A stretch of DNA of 64,000 nucleotides from an uncultured Leptotrichia sp. (GCA_963517565.1 CAUQGN010000005.1:30436-94435); one strand, 5' to 3'; positions 49,169-59,236 are shown, numbered from the stretch's first letter. Numbers and translations are program-made. The notes: generated by a model not told the origin, from the sequence alone.

Positions 49169-49666
49169 CTATTCTCTTGTTCCCATTTCCTTGTCTAATA
49201 AATATAGTGTAGCACTATTATTATCGACATCAAGTGAAACAATTTTATCAATTAATTTTTGAGCTTGTTCTTCTTCTTCTTCCTGCTCTTCAGCAAATTC
49301 ATTCAAGAATACTTCTGCTCCATAATCTCCTAATTCTCTTGCAAGTTTGTGTATATTTTCAATAGAAGCTGTTACAGCTTCTTCATGTGCAAGAGCAGCT
49401 TCAAATACTTCCTTTACTGACGTAAAGTCCATTTTAGGCTTGTCTAGACCAAGAAATTCTATTTTTCCATTTCTTTTTAATACATATTCATAAAATTTTC
49501 TTGAATGCTCCATTTCCTCTTTAGCTTGATTTCCCATCCAGTTTGCAAAACCTTCTAATGCTCTTTCATCAAAGTATGCAGCCATAGCCTGATATTGATA
49601 AGCCGCTGCTAATTCCATATTTATTTGGTTATTTAGTAATACTTCTAATTCCTTATTTAATTTCAT
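49169..49666 (-). CDS. ftnA: Non-heme ferritin
   Basis: LNNQINMELAAAYQYQAMAAYF ... EEMEHSRKF shows the ferroxidase-centre residues. The C-terminal tail is acidic. Confidence 0.9.
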   Translation of the reverse strand: MKLNKELEVLLNNQINMELAAAYQYQAMAAYFDERALEGFANWMGNQAKEEMEHSRKFYEYVLKRNGKIEFLGLDKPKMDFTSVKEVFEAALAHEEAVTASIENIHKLARELGDYGAEVFLNEFAEEQEEEEEQAQKLIDKIVSLDVDNNSATLYLLDKEMGTRE

Positions 49667-49701
49667 TTTCTCTCCAATCTGAATTTTTATATTTTAAATT
49701 T

Positions 49702-50118
49702 TTAGTTATGTTTCTTCAAACATTTTTCACAAGTGCCTTTTATATAAAAATGTATTTCATCAATTTCTACATCACCTAATTTTGATAAATCAAATTCTGA
49801 TAAATTTACATCAAAGTCAATTATTTCTCCACAAGATTTACACTTGAAATGTCCATGATTATCCGTGACTACATCATATCTTACTTCATTTTCTTCAATT
49901 ATAATTTCTTGAATAATATTATTACTTACAAATATGTTTAATGTATTATAAACTGTAGTCTTTGACAAAGTAGGCATTTCAGGAGATAAACTTTGGAAAA
50001 TATCATCAACTGTTGGATGTGTATGGTGATCCAATAGATACTGAAAAATCTTCATTCTTTGGACTGAAGGCTTTATTCCATTCTTCTTTAAATATTCACC
50101 AACGTTTTCTATATGCAT
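49702..50118 (-). CDS. perR: Fur-family metalloregulator, PerR-like
   Basis: HPTVDDIF, TVYNTLNIF, TDNHGHFKCKSCGEIIDF and CEKC parallel B. subtilis PerR (HPTADDIY, TVYNNLRVF, SDHYHAICENCGKIVDF, CQEC). Confidence 0.8.
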   Translation of the reverse strand: MHIENVGEYLKKNGIKPSVQRMKIFQYLLDHHTHPTVDDIFQSLSPEMPTLSKTTVYNTLNIFVSNNIIQEIIIEENEVRYDVVTDNHGHFKCKSCGEIIDFDVNLSEFDLSKLGDVEIDEIHFYIKGTCEKCLKKHN

Positions 50119-50231
50119 TTTTCCTCCTAATCATTGTTTATTATTTATATTTTAATTTCAATTGAACAGTAAAAATAAATATATTACTTGAGTAAAATAA
50201 TTAACTTTTATTTTTATATTTACTTTCCCCT

Positions 50232-50274
50232 TTGTATCCATTACAATTTTATATCTTTTTCTAAATTTTGTCAA
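50232..50274 (-). promoter_or_regulatory. perR-ferritin promoter with an overlapping PerR/Fur-type box
   Basis: The minus strand reads TTGACA (50274-50269), 17 nt, TAAAAT (50251-50246), then TTGTAATgGATACAA (50246-50232), which begins at the last base of the -10. Confidence 0.55.
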
Positions 50275-50339
50275 TATATTTATTTATTTTTACTATCAAA
50301 GTTTATTTCTCCAACCTATTTATGCTACTTTAAAGATTT

Positions 50340-52055
50340 TTAAACAGACGGAATTAAAAATGTAAAAATAGTTTGTATATTCGGCTCACTATTTACTAAG
50401 ATATCAATATTATGTCTTATTGCTATTTCCTTTGCAATTGCAAGCCCCAGCCCCATTCCATTTTTATTTTCTTCAGTATTTGACTTATGATAGCGGTTAA
50501 ATATTTCTCCAACATTTTCAGGATTTATCCCTTTTCCGTTATCGCAAATTTTAAGTTCACATTTATTATTTAATTTCTTTAAGAAAATATCAATTTTCTG
50601 ATTTTCATTAGAAAATTTTATTGCGTTATCCAGCACAATTATTATCATTTGCCGAATTCTCTGATAATCCCCCACAAAAAGATAATTTTCAGTTTCATTA
50701 TTTTTCTTAAAATTAATTTTTATATTTTTTTTACTTGAAATTTGCTTCATGCTTCTCACAGCATCATTTATAATTTCGAGTAAATTTATCGTATTTTTAT
50801 CAATGGAAAAATCAGTATTTTGAAGTTTTGTCAAATCTATTAAATCATTTACAAGCCTTTGTAAATGAATGCTATCAGATAAAATCTGCTTATTATATTC
50901 TTTTAACTGTTCAGGTTCACTGATAACTCCATCACAAATTGCTTCCATTGAACCTCGAATTACAGTTATTGGAGTTCTCAGTTCATGAGAAATATTTGCA
51001 ATAAAGTTTTGCCGCATCTTTTCAAAGCGTTCACTTTCTTTGGAACTTTTATTTAGTTGAAGTGCTAATTTATCAATGCTTTTTGCAAGTTCTCCAATTT
51101 CATCGTTTTGCTTCACATCTGTCATAACCTCATAATTTCCTTGCGCCAATTTAATTGTCGCATCACGAATTTTACTAAGAGGCTTAATAAAACTTACAGA
51201 AAGCCCTATTGCACTAACGCTTGCTATTGTGAGCGCTGCAAGAATACTAAAAAGAAGAGTATAAATACCACTTTTTAATGCAGACGACATATATTTTACT
51301 GGAGAATGAAGCAGTACCACTCCTTCAATTGTTTCTCCATTTTTTATTGGAACTGCTACTGTAATTGAATTTTCATTCAGATAATCATTAAAATTTTCTG
51401 TTGTAGTTGTTTCTCCTGAAATAGCCTTTTTTATAGTTTCTTCGGCATTTGGCGGTAATTTAAGATACGAAAGCGGTTTTCCTTTTTCATTTCTTCCCTG
51501 TACAATATTCCCTGTTTTTGCATCCACTATCCAGACTTCCCCCATCGCAATGTCCTCAATCATTCGCATACTTCTAAAAATTTTAACATTATTATCTTTC
51601 TCATCCACAATTCTATGTCTATGAAAATGTTTTTCATCTAATAGTTTTTTAGAATTTTTTTCTTCTAGACTTTTTTTAGTTTCGTTTTTCCGAATATTTT
51701 CAATAACATTGTTTTCAAATACTTTTCCATTTATATTTCCTACAATTTTAGGTTTTTCTCTCCTAACTGTCTTTTCAGAAGAAGTTTCCTTTGATGGGGG
51801 TTTCCTGTCTTTATTCTCAAGATTCTCATTTCCGTCTTCAAACCACATTTTTGAAAGAGTCGTTGAAATCTTATAAGCTCTTTCAACCAAATCTTTCTTA
51901 TGTAAACTAACAGTATTTTGAATATAAATATATCCAAAAATGCTCCCAATTACAATAGAAAATAACAAAAGTGATAATCCAAAATATGAAAGTAATTTTA
52001 TGAATATTTTATTTTTAAATTTTACCCCTTTAAATTTTTTATTTCTTATTTTCAC
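50340..52055 (-). CDS. Sensor histidine kinase (2 TM, extracytoplasmic domain, HAMP, HisKA, HATPase_c) with no adjacent response regulator
   Basis: H-box SHELRTPIT, N-box and G-boxes (DNGKGI, GMGLGLAIAKE). The GTG start lies 1 nt after the tannase stop codon, with GAAGGAAG just upstream. Confidence 0.9.
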   Translation of the reverse strand: MKIRNKKFKGVKFKNKIFIKLLSYFGLSLLLFSIVIGSIFGYIYIQNTVSLHKKDLVERAYKISTTLSKMWFEDGNENLENKDRKPPSKETSSEKTVRREKPKIVGNINGKVFENNVIENIRKNETKKSLEEKNSKKLLDEKHFHRHRIVDEKDNNVKIFRSMRMIEDIAMGEVWIVDAKTGNIVQGRNEKGKPLSYLKLPPNAEETIKKAISGETTTTENFNDYLNENSITVAVPIKNGETIEGVVLLHSPVKYMSSALKSGIYTLLFSILAALTIASVSAIGLSVSFIKPLSKIRDATIKLAQGNYEVMTDVKQNDEIGELAKSIDKLALQLNKSSKESERFEKMRQNFIANISHELRTPITVIRGSMEAICDGVISEPEQLKEYNKQILSDSIHLQRLVNDLIDLTKLQNTDFSIDKNTINLLEIINDAVRSMKQISSKKNIKINFKKNNETENYLFVGDYQRIRQMIIIVLDNAIKFSNENQKIDIFLKKLNNKCELKICDNGKGINPENVGEIFNRYHKSNTEENKNGMGLGLAIAKEIAIRHNIDILVNSEPNIQTIFTFLIPSV

Positions 52056-52056
52056 A

Positions 52057-53655
52057 CTATCTTCCTTCTGCTACAACCTTATCTATCCAGCTAAATAACT
52101 CATCCAAATCATAATCTCCAGAATGTGGAGTTGCCCAAGGCGATGCAAAATCAACCTTTTTCCCAAGATTTTCGAGTTTTATAGCAAGTATCGCAGGTAT
52201 TGCAAGTGAAGTATCCTTGTCAACCGCACCATGCCTTATTCTCCAGTATTTTACTTTTGAATTTATAATGTAGTTCATTGGATTCATCATTTTTATGATT
52301 TTTTTATCAGCCATAGTTCCATTTACTGTCGAGTGTTCCAACATGTATTCCGTAAAATGCTTATTGTTCGTAGTTTCGTCTCCAAACTCATTGTTTTCTC
52401 CAGTTGATAAATCCACATTGTCAAACGCTCCAGGTGTTTTTTGTCTGCCCATATAAGCCACATATTTATCATAATCTAAATCTACAACTTTCCCATTTTC
52501 TATTGTCAAAAATTCAAATTCCGATAAATCAGTCCCTTTCTTCAAAGCGACATTTGCAGAATCAATGTAATATTGCTTAATCTGCTCCTTAAAACTTCCA
52601 TTTCCATTTTCATCCAATATTAAAAGTTTCCCATTTTTACCTCTTAATTTTAGACTGTTTAAATAGGTAGGAAACATTTTCTTCAAATCATTTGAACGTA
52701 AAATTTCATCATCAGTCAACATACCCTCAGTATATTTTCTTTCCACATTGTAATCTAACATTGAAATCTCTATCTTTTTATACGTTTTTACATCGTTAAA
52801 CATCCATTCGTAAGCTGTATTCGCATTATCCAAGTTAGTTATTGGGCAATAAGCTGACACAGCGTAAATATCATCTCTTGCATTCAATGCGCCAATTTCC
52901 TTTAGATACGGTTCATAATCCCTATTATTGCCAGTTACACCAAGCAAAGCTGAAACTGCTCCTCCAGCACTTGTCCCATTGGAAATAATTCTATCCGCTC
53001 TTCCTGGCATTTTAGCATCATTATATCGCAAATATCTCACAGCCGCTTTCAAATCTACAATTACAGCAGGTGCCTTTCCAGTATACTTCCCATCTTTTTC
53101 CAAAGTTCTGCCTCTAGCTCCAGGACTTGCCACGACATATCCATTTGATAATGCGACTAATGAAGCATCAGGCTGTCCGTCTCTTCCATTTCCAGGCACT
53201 CCAGCCGCTCCAGGCATATATCCTCCAACTGTATTTGGGAAAAATATTGGCGCACTTTTTGCATTGTATTTTCCAACTGACTTATTTTTAAAATATTCTT
53301 CTGGAATATAGATATTTATAGTCTGATAAGCGATATCAACTGGTTTTGCAACATAAACTATGTTCTCATAAGCTCGATAAGTCATAGTTTTTCCCTTAAC
53401 AGTCGCTGTTTTTATCGTATAATTTTTATTTACATCAAAATTTAAATTATAACCATTTTCTGTTTTATTTGTTATCATATCTTCGGTTATTACTTTTTTA
53501 TTCATAGGTGCTCCCATTTGTGGCTTTTTATCTTCATTCTTATTTACTTCAACATTTTTATGATTTTTACTAGAATCTGCTAATCCTTTTTTATTATCAG
53601 CAGCCATTGAAAAAGATGAAACCAATAAACTTAATATAATTAGTTTTTTTCTCAT
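52057..53655 (-). CDS. Secreted subtype-B tannase / feruloyl-esterase-like alpha/beta hydrolase
   Basis: Signal peptide, nucleophile elbow GTSAGG, and the C-terminal PHSGDYDL (His/Asp). The overall layout resembles the Lactobacillus/Staphylococcus/Fusobacterium TanB type (recalled). Confidence 0.7.
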   Translation of the reverse strand: MRKKLIILSLLVSSFSMAADNKKGLADSSKNHKNVEVNKNEDKKPQMGAPMNKKVITEDMITNKTENGYNLNFDVNKNYTIKTATVKGKTMTYRAYENIVYVAKPVDIAYQTINIYIPEEYFKNKSVGKYNAKSAPIFFPNTVGGYMPGAAGVPGNGRDGQPDASLVALSNGYVVASPGARGRTLEKDGKYTGKAPAVIVDLKAAVRYLRYNDAKMPGRADRIISNGTSAGGAVSALLGVTGNNRDYEPYLKEIGALNARDDIYAVSAYCPITNLDNANTAYEWMFNDVKTYKKIEISMLDYNVERKYTEGMLTDDEILRSNDLKKMFPTYLNSLKLRGKNGKLLILDENGNGSFKEQIKQYYIDSANVALKKGTDLSEFEFLTIENGKVVDLDYDKYVAYMGRQKTPGAFDNVDLSTGENNEFGDETTNNKHFTEYMLEHSTVNGTMADKKIIKMMNPMNYIINSKVKYWRIRHGAVDKDTSLAIPAILAIKLENLGKKVDFASPWATPHSGDYDLDELFSWIDKVVAEGR

Positions 53656-53867
53656 AAATTATCCTTCTATTTTACTATATTTTATTTTTTAAAAAAATCT
53701 TATAATATTTCACATTACAGTAATAAATTTATTGTAAATCCTATTTAACAAAGGACTTGACCTCTTTTCTAGAAAATAAATAAAATATCTTTTTGATTTT
53801 TTTAATTAAAATTACTATAAAAAAAGGACATAAGTATAAAACCTATGCCTTTTAACTATTATAATTA

Positions 53868-54242
53868 TTATACTAATTCAATAATTGCCAATTCAGCTGA
53901 ATCTCCACGTCTAACAGCAGTTTTGATGATTCTTGTATAACCACCATTTCTTTCAGCATATTTAGGTGCAATTTCATTAAAGATTTTTGCGACTGCTCCT
54001 TCATTTCTTAAAAATGCAAAAGCCTGTCTTCTCAAATGCACTCTTCTTGCCGCATCAGTCGAATTATTATATTTTTTCCCTAAAGTAATTGCTTTTTCAG
54101 CAAATTTTCTTAATTCTTTAGCACGAGTTACTGTTGTTTCAAGTTGCTCATGTTCTACTAAAGAAATTGTCATATTTTTAAGCATGGCTAATCTATGGTC
54201 AGTTCTTCTACCTAGTTTTCTATATGATTTATTATGATTCAT
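53868..54242 (-). CDS. rplQ: 50S ribosomal protein L17
   Basis: [24 protein letters not shown]... is typical of L17. Confidence 0.97.
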   Translation of the reverse strand: MNHNKSYRKLGRRTDHRLAMLKNMTISLVEHEQLETTVTRAKELRKFAEKAITLGKKYNNSTDAARRVHLRRQAFAFLRNEGAVAKIFNEIAPKYAERNGGYTRIIKTAVRRGDSAELAIIELV

Positions 54243-54295
54243 TTTCCCTCCTCGTTTAAGATTTTATTCTAAATTCTAGTTTAATTTTTATATGA

Positions 54296-55270
54296 TTATT
54301 CATCATTACTTGCGTTATCATCTAAATCATAACCAAGTTCTTTCATTTTATCGATAATTTCATTTAGCGATTTTTTTCCTAAATTTTTAATTTTCAATAA
54401 TTCATTATATGTCATTGAAGTTAAGTCTGAAATCGTATTTACTCCTGCTTTTTTCAAGCAATTATAAGAACGTACTGTAAAGTCAAGCTCTTCAATTTTC
54501 ATATCTTCAATGTTATTTTCATTTTCAGCATCAGTTTCTGTTAATTCATCTTCACTATCTCTGTATTTACTCATACTGTTTCCAATATTTGTAAATGGTT
54601 CCAAATGCCAAGTTAATAATTCTACTGCATATGACAAAGCGTCTTTAATTTCAATACTTCCATCTGTCGCAATTTCCAAAATTAACTTGTCATAGTTTGT
54701 AACACGTCCAACCATAGTATCTTCAACACTATAATTTACTCTCTTGATAGGTGTATAAATTGCATCAACTGCCAAATATCCTATTGGCCATCCATCAGTA
54801 TTAATTTCATCAGAAACTACAAAGCCTTCTCCAGAATCAACAAGAAATTCTATGTCAATCTGTCTATCAGTTGTAACAGTCATAATAACTTGTTCAGGAT
54901 TTATAATTCTTAGCCCAGGTTCTACATGAATATCTGCTGCTGTAATTACAGCCGGCCCTTTTACTGAAAGTGTCATTTTCTTTTCACCAGGCTCATCAGC
55001 TTCAACTACTATTTCCTTCACATTTAAAATAATATCTGTAACTGCTTCTTTTACACCTTCTATTGTAGAAAATTCGTTTAATACACCCTCAATTTTAATT
55101 CCTTTTATTGCAGTTCCTGGAATTGATGACAACAATATTCTTCTAAGTGCATTTCCAATAGTATTTCCATATCCTCTATATAGAGGCTCTAGTGTATACT
55201 TTGCTGTATAATTATCTTCTTTTTCTTCAGTTAATCTTACATTTTTAGCTATTTTTTCAATATTTAACAA
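54296..55270 (-). CDS. rpoA: DNA-directed RNA polymerase subunit alpha
   Basis: EPLYRGYGNTIGNALRRILLSSIPG... plus the C-terminal domain (LDFTVRSYNCLKKAGVNTISDL). Confidence 0.97.
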   Translation of the reverse strand: MLNIEKIAKNVRLTEEKEDNYTAKYTLEPLYRGYGNTIGNALRRILLSSIPGTAIKGIKIEGVLNEFSTIEGVKEAVTDIILNVKEIVVEADEPGEKKMTLSVKGPAVITAADIHVEPGLRIINPEQVIMTVTTDRQIDIEFLVDSGEGFVVSDEINTDGWPIGYLAVDAIYTPIKRVNYSVEDTMVGRVTNYDKLILEIATDGSIEIKDALSYAVELLTWHLEPFTNIGNSMSKYRDSEDELTETDAENENNIEDMKIEELDFTVRSYNCLKKAGVNTISDLTSMTYNELLKIKNLGKKSLNEIIDKMKELGYDLDDNASNDE

Positions 55271-55300
55271 TCTAATTCATCTCCTCCGATTAAAATATTA

Positions 55301-55888
55301 TTATCTAGAGTAGAACTCGATAATCATCGCTTCGTCAACTTCAAAGTCAACTGCATCTCTTCCTGGATTTTCTAACACTTTAGCTGTCAAAGCTCCTTCT
55401 TCAAGTGATAACCATCCTGGAACTGTTTTTTGTCCAACAGACTCTTTAATTAAAGCTAATTCTTTAGAATCTTCTTTAACGGTAATTACATCACCTTGTT
55501 TTACTCTATATGATGCAATATTTACTCTTTTTCCATTAATTAAAATATGTCCGTGGCTTACGATTTGTCTTGCTTGTCTTCTTGTAGCACCAAATCCTAA
55601 TCTATAAATTACATTATCTAATCTTCTTTCAAGATATTGAAGTAAAAGTTCCCCTGTTACTCCTTCTTTTCTTGTTGCTTCTTCATATAATTTATAAAAT
55701 TGTTTTTCCATTACTCCATAAACAAATTTTACTTTTTGTTTTTCTCTTTGTTGTGTTCCGTATTCAGTTAATTTTCTATTTGCATTTGGTCTAATATTTC
55801 TATTTGATTTTTTGTTTACCCCTAAAACAATAGGATCTAAACCAAGATTTCTACATCTTTTTAACACAGGCTGTCTATCTCTTGCCAT
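55301..55888 (-). CDS. rpsD: 30S ribosomal protein S4
   Basis: MARDRQPVLKRCRNLG... and an S4 RNA-binding domain (RLDNVIYRLGFGATRRQARQIVSHGHI). Confidence 0.97.
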   Translation of the reverse strand: MARDRQPVLKRCRNLGLDPIVLGVNKKSNRNIRPNANRKLTEYGTQQREKQKVKFVYGVMEKQFYKLYEEATRKEGVTGELLLQYLERRLDNVIYRLGFGATRRQARQIVSHGHILINGKRVNIASYRVKQGDVITVKEDSKELALIKESVGQKTVPGWLSLEEGALTAKVLENPGRDAVDFEVDEAMIIEFYSR

Positions 55889-55916
55889 TTATCTTTTTCC
55901 TCCTTAGTTTATAAAA

Positions 55917-56306
55917 TTACGGTCTTCTCTTTTTAGGTGGTCTTGCACCATTATGAGGTACTGGAGTTATGTCAACTATTCTTGTTACTTCTAATCCAGT
56001 AGCCTGTATTGATCTTATAGAAGCTTCTCTTCCAGATCCAGGTCCTTTTATTTTAATTTCGATTTGTTTCATTCCATTTTCAATTGCAACTTGAGCTGCT
56101 TGTTCAGCTGCTATTTGAGCTGCGAACGGAGTTCCCTTTTTAGTTCCCTTGAACCCTGAAGTTCCTCCTGATTTCCAAATTACTACTTTACCTTCTGAAT
56201 CTGTTATAGTAACAACAGTATTATTAAAAGTAGAATGTATATATGCGATTCCATTAGGAATATTTTTTAATTTTTTCTTTTTTGAAGTTGCTGGTCTTTT
56301 TGCCAC
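55917..56306 (-). CDS. rpsK: 30S ribosomal protein S11
   Basis: [19 protein letters not shown]......SGG..GFKG.KK.TPFAAQ. Confidence 0.97.
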   Translation of the reverse strand: MAKRPATSKKKKLKNIPNGIAYIHSTFNNTVVTITDSEGKVVIWKSGGTSGFKGTKKGTPFAAQIAAEQAAQVAIENGMKQIEIKIKGPGSGREASIRSIQATGLEVTRIVDITPVPHNGARPPKKRRP

Positions 56307-56337
56307 TTATGGTTTCCTCCTTTAACTTAATAGTTTA

Positions 56338-56703
56338 TTATTTTTTCTTAGCAATTGCCATTCTAACTGGCCCTTTTCTAGTTCTTGCATTTGTTTTAGT
56401 TTTTTGTCCTCTTACAGGTAATCCATTTCTATGTCTTAATCCTCTGTAACTCTTAATATCAAGCAGACGTTTGATGTTAAGTCTAATTTCTTTTCTTAAC
56501 TCACCTTCAATTTTGTACTCTTCTACAGCATTTCTCAATTGTGCTACTTGTTCTTCTGTCAAATCTTTTACTTTTGTATCTCTGTTGATACCAGTTGCTC
56601 CTAAAATTTTGTTTGAAGTGCTTCTACCAATTCCAAAAATGTAAGTTAAAGAAACTTCTACTCTTTTATTTCTTGGAATATCTACTCCTGCTATTCTAGC
56701 CAA
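56338..56703 (-). CDS. rpsM: 30S ribosomal protein S13
   Basis: [26 protein letters not shown]... with a TTG start. Confidence 0.97.
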   Translation of the reverse strand: MARIAGVDIPRNKRVEVSLTYIFGIGRSTSNKILGATGINRDTKVKDLTEEQVAQLRNAVEEYKIEGELRKEIRLNIKRLLDIKSYRGLRHRNGLPVRGQKTKTNARTRKGPVRMAIAKKK

Positions 56704-56894
56704 ATTTTTTCCTCCTCGTTTTGATATTTTTAATCTTCTTCAATATGCCCTCACATACACAATATAAGGAATAAGCTCTACAGCTAAACATACCTTTACA
56801 ATCTTTATTTCAATATCCATAGTATCTTGTATCTTAAATTTCATCTATATATATTTTCAATAAAAATGTTTTTAGGTTTATTAATCTGTTCTTT

Positions 56895-57009
56895 ATTATC
56901 CTTGTATTTGTTTATGTTTAGGGTTTTCGCATATTACTCTTACTTTTCCGTGACGTTTAACAATTTTACATTTGTCACAAATAGGTTTTACTGAAGCTTT
57001 TACTTTCAC
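56895..57009 (-). pseudogene. rpmJ: 50S ribosomal protein L36 gene interrupted by a 1-nt insertion
   Basis: GTG 57009 (AGGAGGG upstream) opens [23 protein letters not shown]. The frame then gives KSNMRKP*. Skipping one base of the T-run at 56939-56941 restores [14 protein letters not shown], a canonical L36 C-terminus that includes the third Cys and the His zinc ligand. The span is 115 nt rather than 114. Confidence 0.75.
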
Positions 57010-57030
57010 TAAAAACCCTCCTTCCAACTG

Positions 57031-57249
57031 TTATTTTTTTCTATATACAATTCTGCCTCTTGACAAGTCGTACGGAGAAACTTCAACCGTAACCTTATCT
57101 CCTGGCAAAATTTTTATATAGTTCATTCTCATTTTTCCTGAGATATGTCCTAAAACTTCGTGTCCATTTTCAAGCCTTACTTGAAACATCGCATTTGGTA
57201 ATGCTTCGATTATTTCACCTTCCAGCTCAAGAACATCCTGTTTTGCCAT
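57031..57249 (-). CDS. infA: Translation initiation factor IF-1
   Basis: [70 protein letters not shown]. Confidence 0.97.
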   Translation of the reverse strand: MAKQDVLELEGEIIEALPNAMFQVRLENGHEVLGHISGKMRMNYIKILPGDKVTVEVSPYDLSRGRIVYRKK

Positions 57250-57424
57250 AAATAATCACCTCGGATCCTTTCTATTATAACAAAAAAATAACTAAATGTC
57301 CAGTTTTTTTAACATTTAATTTTTATAAAAATTAAAAAAACAATATACATTTGATTATTTACCCTATCATAATACAGTATTTATCGTATTTTGTCAATTA
57401 TTTTTTATTATTAAAGCTTTTTTT

Positions 57425-58051
57425 CTATTTTTTTACACTCATAAAAATCCTATATCCTGCATTAATTTCGAGCGTTTCACAATTTCCAAAAACTTCCTCC
57501 AGTTTTTTCTGCGTACTTTTTGCCCCATGCTTGGTCTGAATCACGCAATAAAACTGACCATCTTGATTTAAATGCTCAAAACTTTGTTCATAAATTTGAA
57601 AAATTATCTGCTTTCCAGCTCGAATTGGTGGATTAGACAAAATCACATCAAACTTTTCAGAAACATGATCGAATGCAAACGATTTTTTTACTTCAAAATT
57701 ATCATTTTCATCTTTTATAACTCCATTTTTCAAAAGATTTTCCCTTGTAAGCTCCAAAGCCCGCTCATTCACATCTGATGAAATAGTTTTAGCATTTTCA
57801 AAAAAAGACTTTATAACAACTGATACAACTCCGTATCCACAGCCAATATCCAGTATATCAAACTTTTGATTTTTTTTGTTCTTATTTTCTCTTAAAAATA
57901 CTTTCAGCATGACATCAGTCCCAAAATCTACCTTTGCCTTTGAAAATACTCCATTATCAGTCACAAACTCAAAATTTTTATTTTCTATCTCGTATTTTAT
58001 TATTTTTCTGTCTGACTTTACTTCCTGTTTTTCCGAAAAGTAATGACTCAT
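57425..58051 (-). CDS. Class I SAM-dependent methyltransferase, RsmC/RlmG-like small (MTS) type
   Basis: SAM motif ILDIGCGYGV and NPPIRAG (NPPxxxG). ATG 58051 has AGGAGG 9 nt upstream. Confidence 0.75.
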   Translation of the reverse strand: MSHYFSEKQEVKSDRKIIKYEIENKNFEFVTDNGVFSKAKVDFGTDVMLKVFLRENKNKKNQKFDILDIGCGYGVVSVVIKSFFENAKTISSDVNERALELTRENLLKNGVIKDENDNFEVKKSFAFDHVSEKFDVILSNPPIRAGKQIIFQIYEQSFEHLNQDGQFYCVIQTKHGAKSTQKKLEEVFGNCETLEINAGYRIFMSVKK

Positions 58052-58113
58052 TACCAATTTCCTCCTAATTTTCTATTTTTTATTCTAATGTTTATTTTAT
58101 AATAAAATTTCAA

Positions 58114-59022
58114 TTATTCATAATACTCTCCTGCTGTATTATCAAAGTCACTTTTACCTTTTAATACTTTTACTATATCCAAAAATAAATCTGTAAATGA
58201 TGAATCAGTATACTGTACATTTTCTCTTATATATCTTATTTTTGTAACGCCATTTTTAATTTCATATACTCTTATTGGCTTATAATAAGCATATCTATCA
58301 GTTATATAAATTCTTGTTGTCTTTTTTTCATCTCCAACCAACTTCAAATAATTTTTAACTTGTTTAACCAGACTGTTTAATCCTTCGCCGTTAACTGAAT
58401 ATTTTACTGAAATATCAATCACTTGATCAATTTCACCAGAAAATTCCTTTACATCAAAATCATCATCATCATCATACTGTTTTGGTTCTTTAAATTCTGT
58501 AATACTTACCGAATCTATCATAGGTAACTTTTTTATTATTTTTTTCATTTCTTCCTTATCTTTTATCTTGGAAAAATATGAACTATATACAATATTACGT
58601 GGTTCCCAGTAATAAATTGTCATAAAATTGACAAACTTTACAGATTGAAAAAATATTAATATCATAAAAAAGATAGATTTCCACTTTTTTCTTTTTATTT
58701 CCTGAAAAATTAGTATTGCCATCTGCACTGCTAACAATAAAATCAAATAAGTGATAACAGCGATATTAAATCTTTTATTTAAATCCCTATAACTCGAATA
58801 TTTTATAAAAAACATTATAAAACCAGCAATAAAACTTGTTATGTACTTATTGCCTTCCATTTTTATACCATCTACGCAAATTAGAAAAAATATCCCTGTA
58901 ATAATTACCAGCAGATATATTCCTGTAAGTTTTCCCGATTCCCCATTATTCAGCAACATAAAGAGTTTTCCCATTAATAGCAAATATCCCAAGTACCAGT
59001 ATGAAATACTTATTTTATTCAT
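58114..59022 (-). CDS. Polytopic membrane protein with a C-terminal soluble domain, unknown function
   Basis: About 5 TM segments, then about 150 aa of soluble sequence with a DDDDD run. No motif recognised. Confidence 0.65.
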   Translation of the reverse strand: MNKISISYWYLGYLLLMGKLFMLLNNGESGKLTGIYLLVIITGIFFLICVDGIKMEGNKYITSFIAGFIMFFIKYSSYRDLNKRFNIAVITYLILLLAVQMAILIFQEIKRKKWKSIFFMILIFFQSVKFVNFMTIYYWEPRNIVYSSYFSKIKDKEEMKKIIKKLPMIDSVSITEFKEPKQYDDDDDFDVKEFSGEIDQVIDISVKYSVNGEGLNSLVKQVKNYLKLVGDEKKTTRIYITDRYAYYKPIRVYEIKNGVTKIRYIRENVQYTDSSFTDLFLDIVKVLKGKSDFDNTAGEYYE

Positions 59023-59136
59023 TATGAAATTCTCCCATTTTCTTCATTTTTACTATTATAACATATTTTTCACAGTTATATATCCATTTTTTGTCTTACA
59101 AATATTTTTTCAAAATTATTGCATATACAAAATTTC

Positions 59137-59202
59137 TTGCATTCTTATAAATTTTTTTATATAATGAACTTAACACAAAACTATTAATTTAAAATTTTGT
59201 GT
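59137..59202 (+). promoter_or_regulatory. copZ promoter and downstream 8-bp/14-nt/8-bp inverted repeat
   Basis: TTGCAT (59137-59142), 17 nt, TATAAT (59160-59165). ACACAAAA (59173-59180) and TTTTGTGT (59195-59202) lie in the leader. Confidence 0.5.
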
Positions 59203-59236
59203 ATAAATAAAAATAAAATTTTATGGAGGTTTTGAA

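Noticed and set aside
56704-56894. The long rpmJ-rpsM spacer, considered as an S4-binding autoregulatory leader or a hidden small gene.
   Set aside because: Only weak 3-4-bp stems are visible, and I could not define a pseudoknot by eye. No ORF with an SD is present. The spacer is mentioned only in the context of the rpmJ frameshift.
58441-58470. Short microsatellites: (ATC)5 at about 58450 and (TTC)4 at about 49270.
   Set aside because: They are in frame and simply encode acidic runs (DDDDD, EEEE). They are too short to count as contingency loci.
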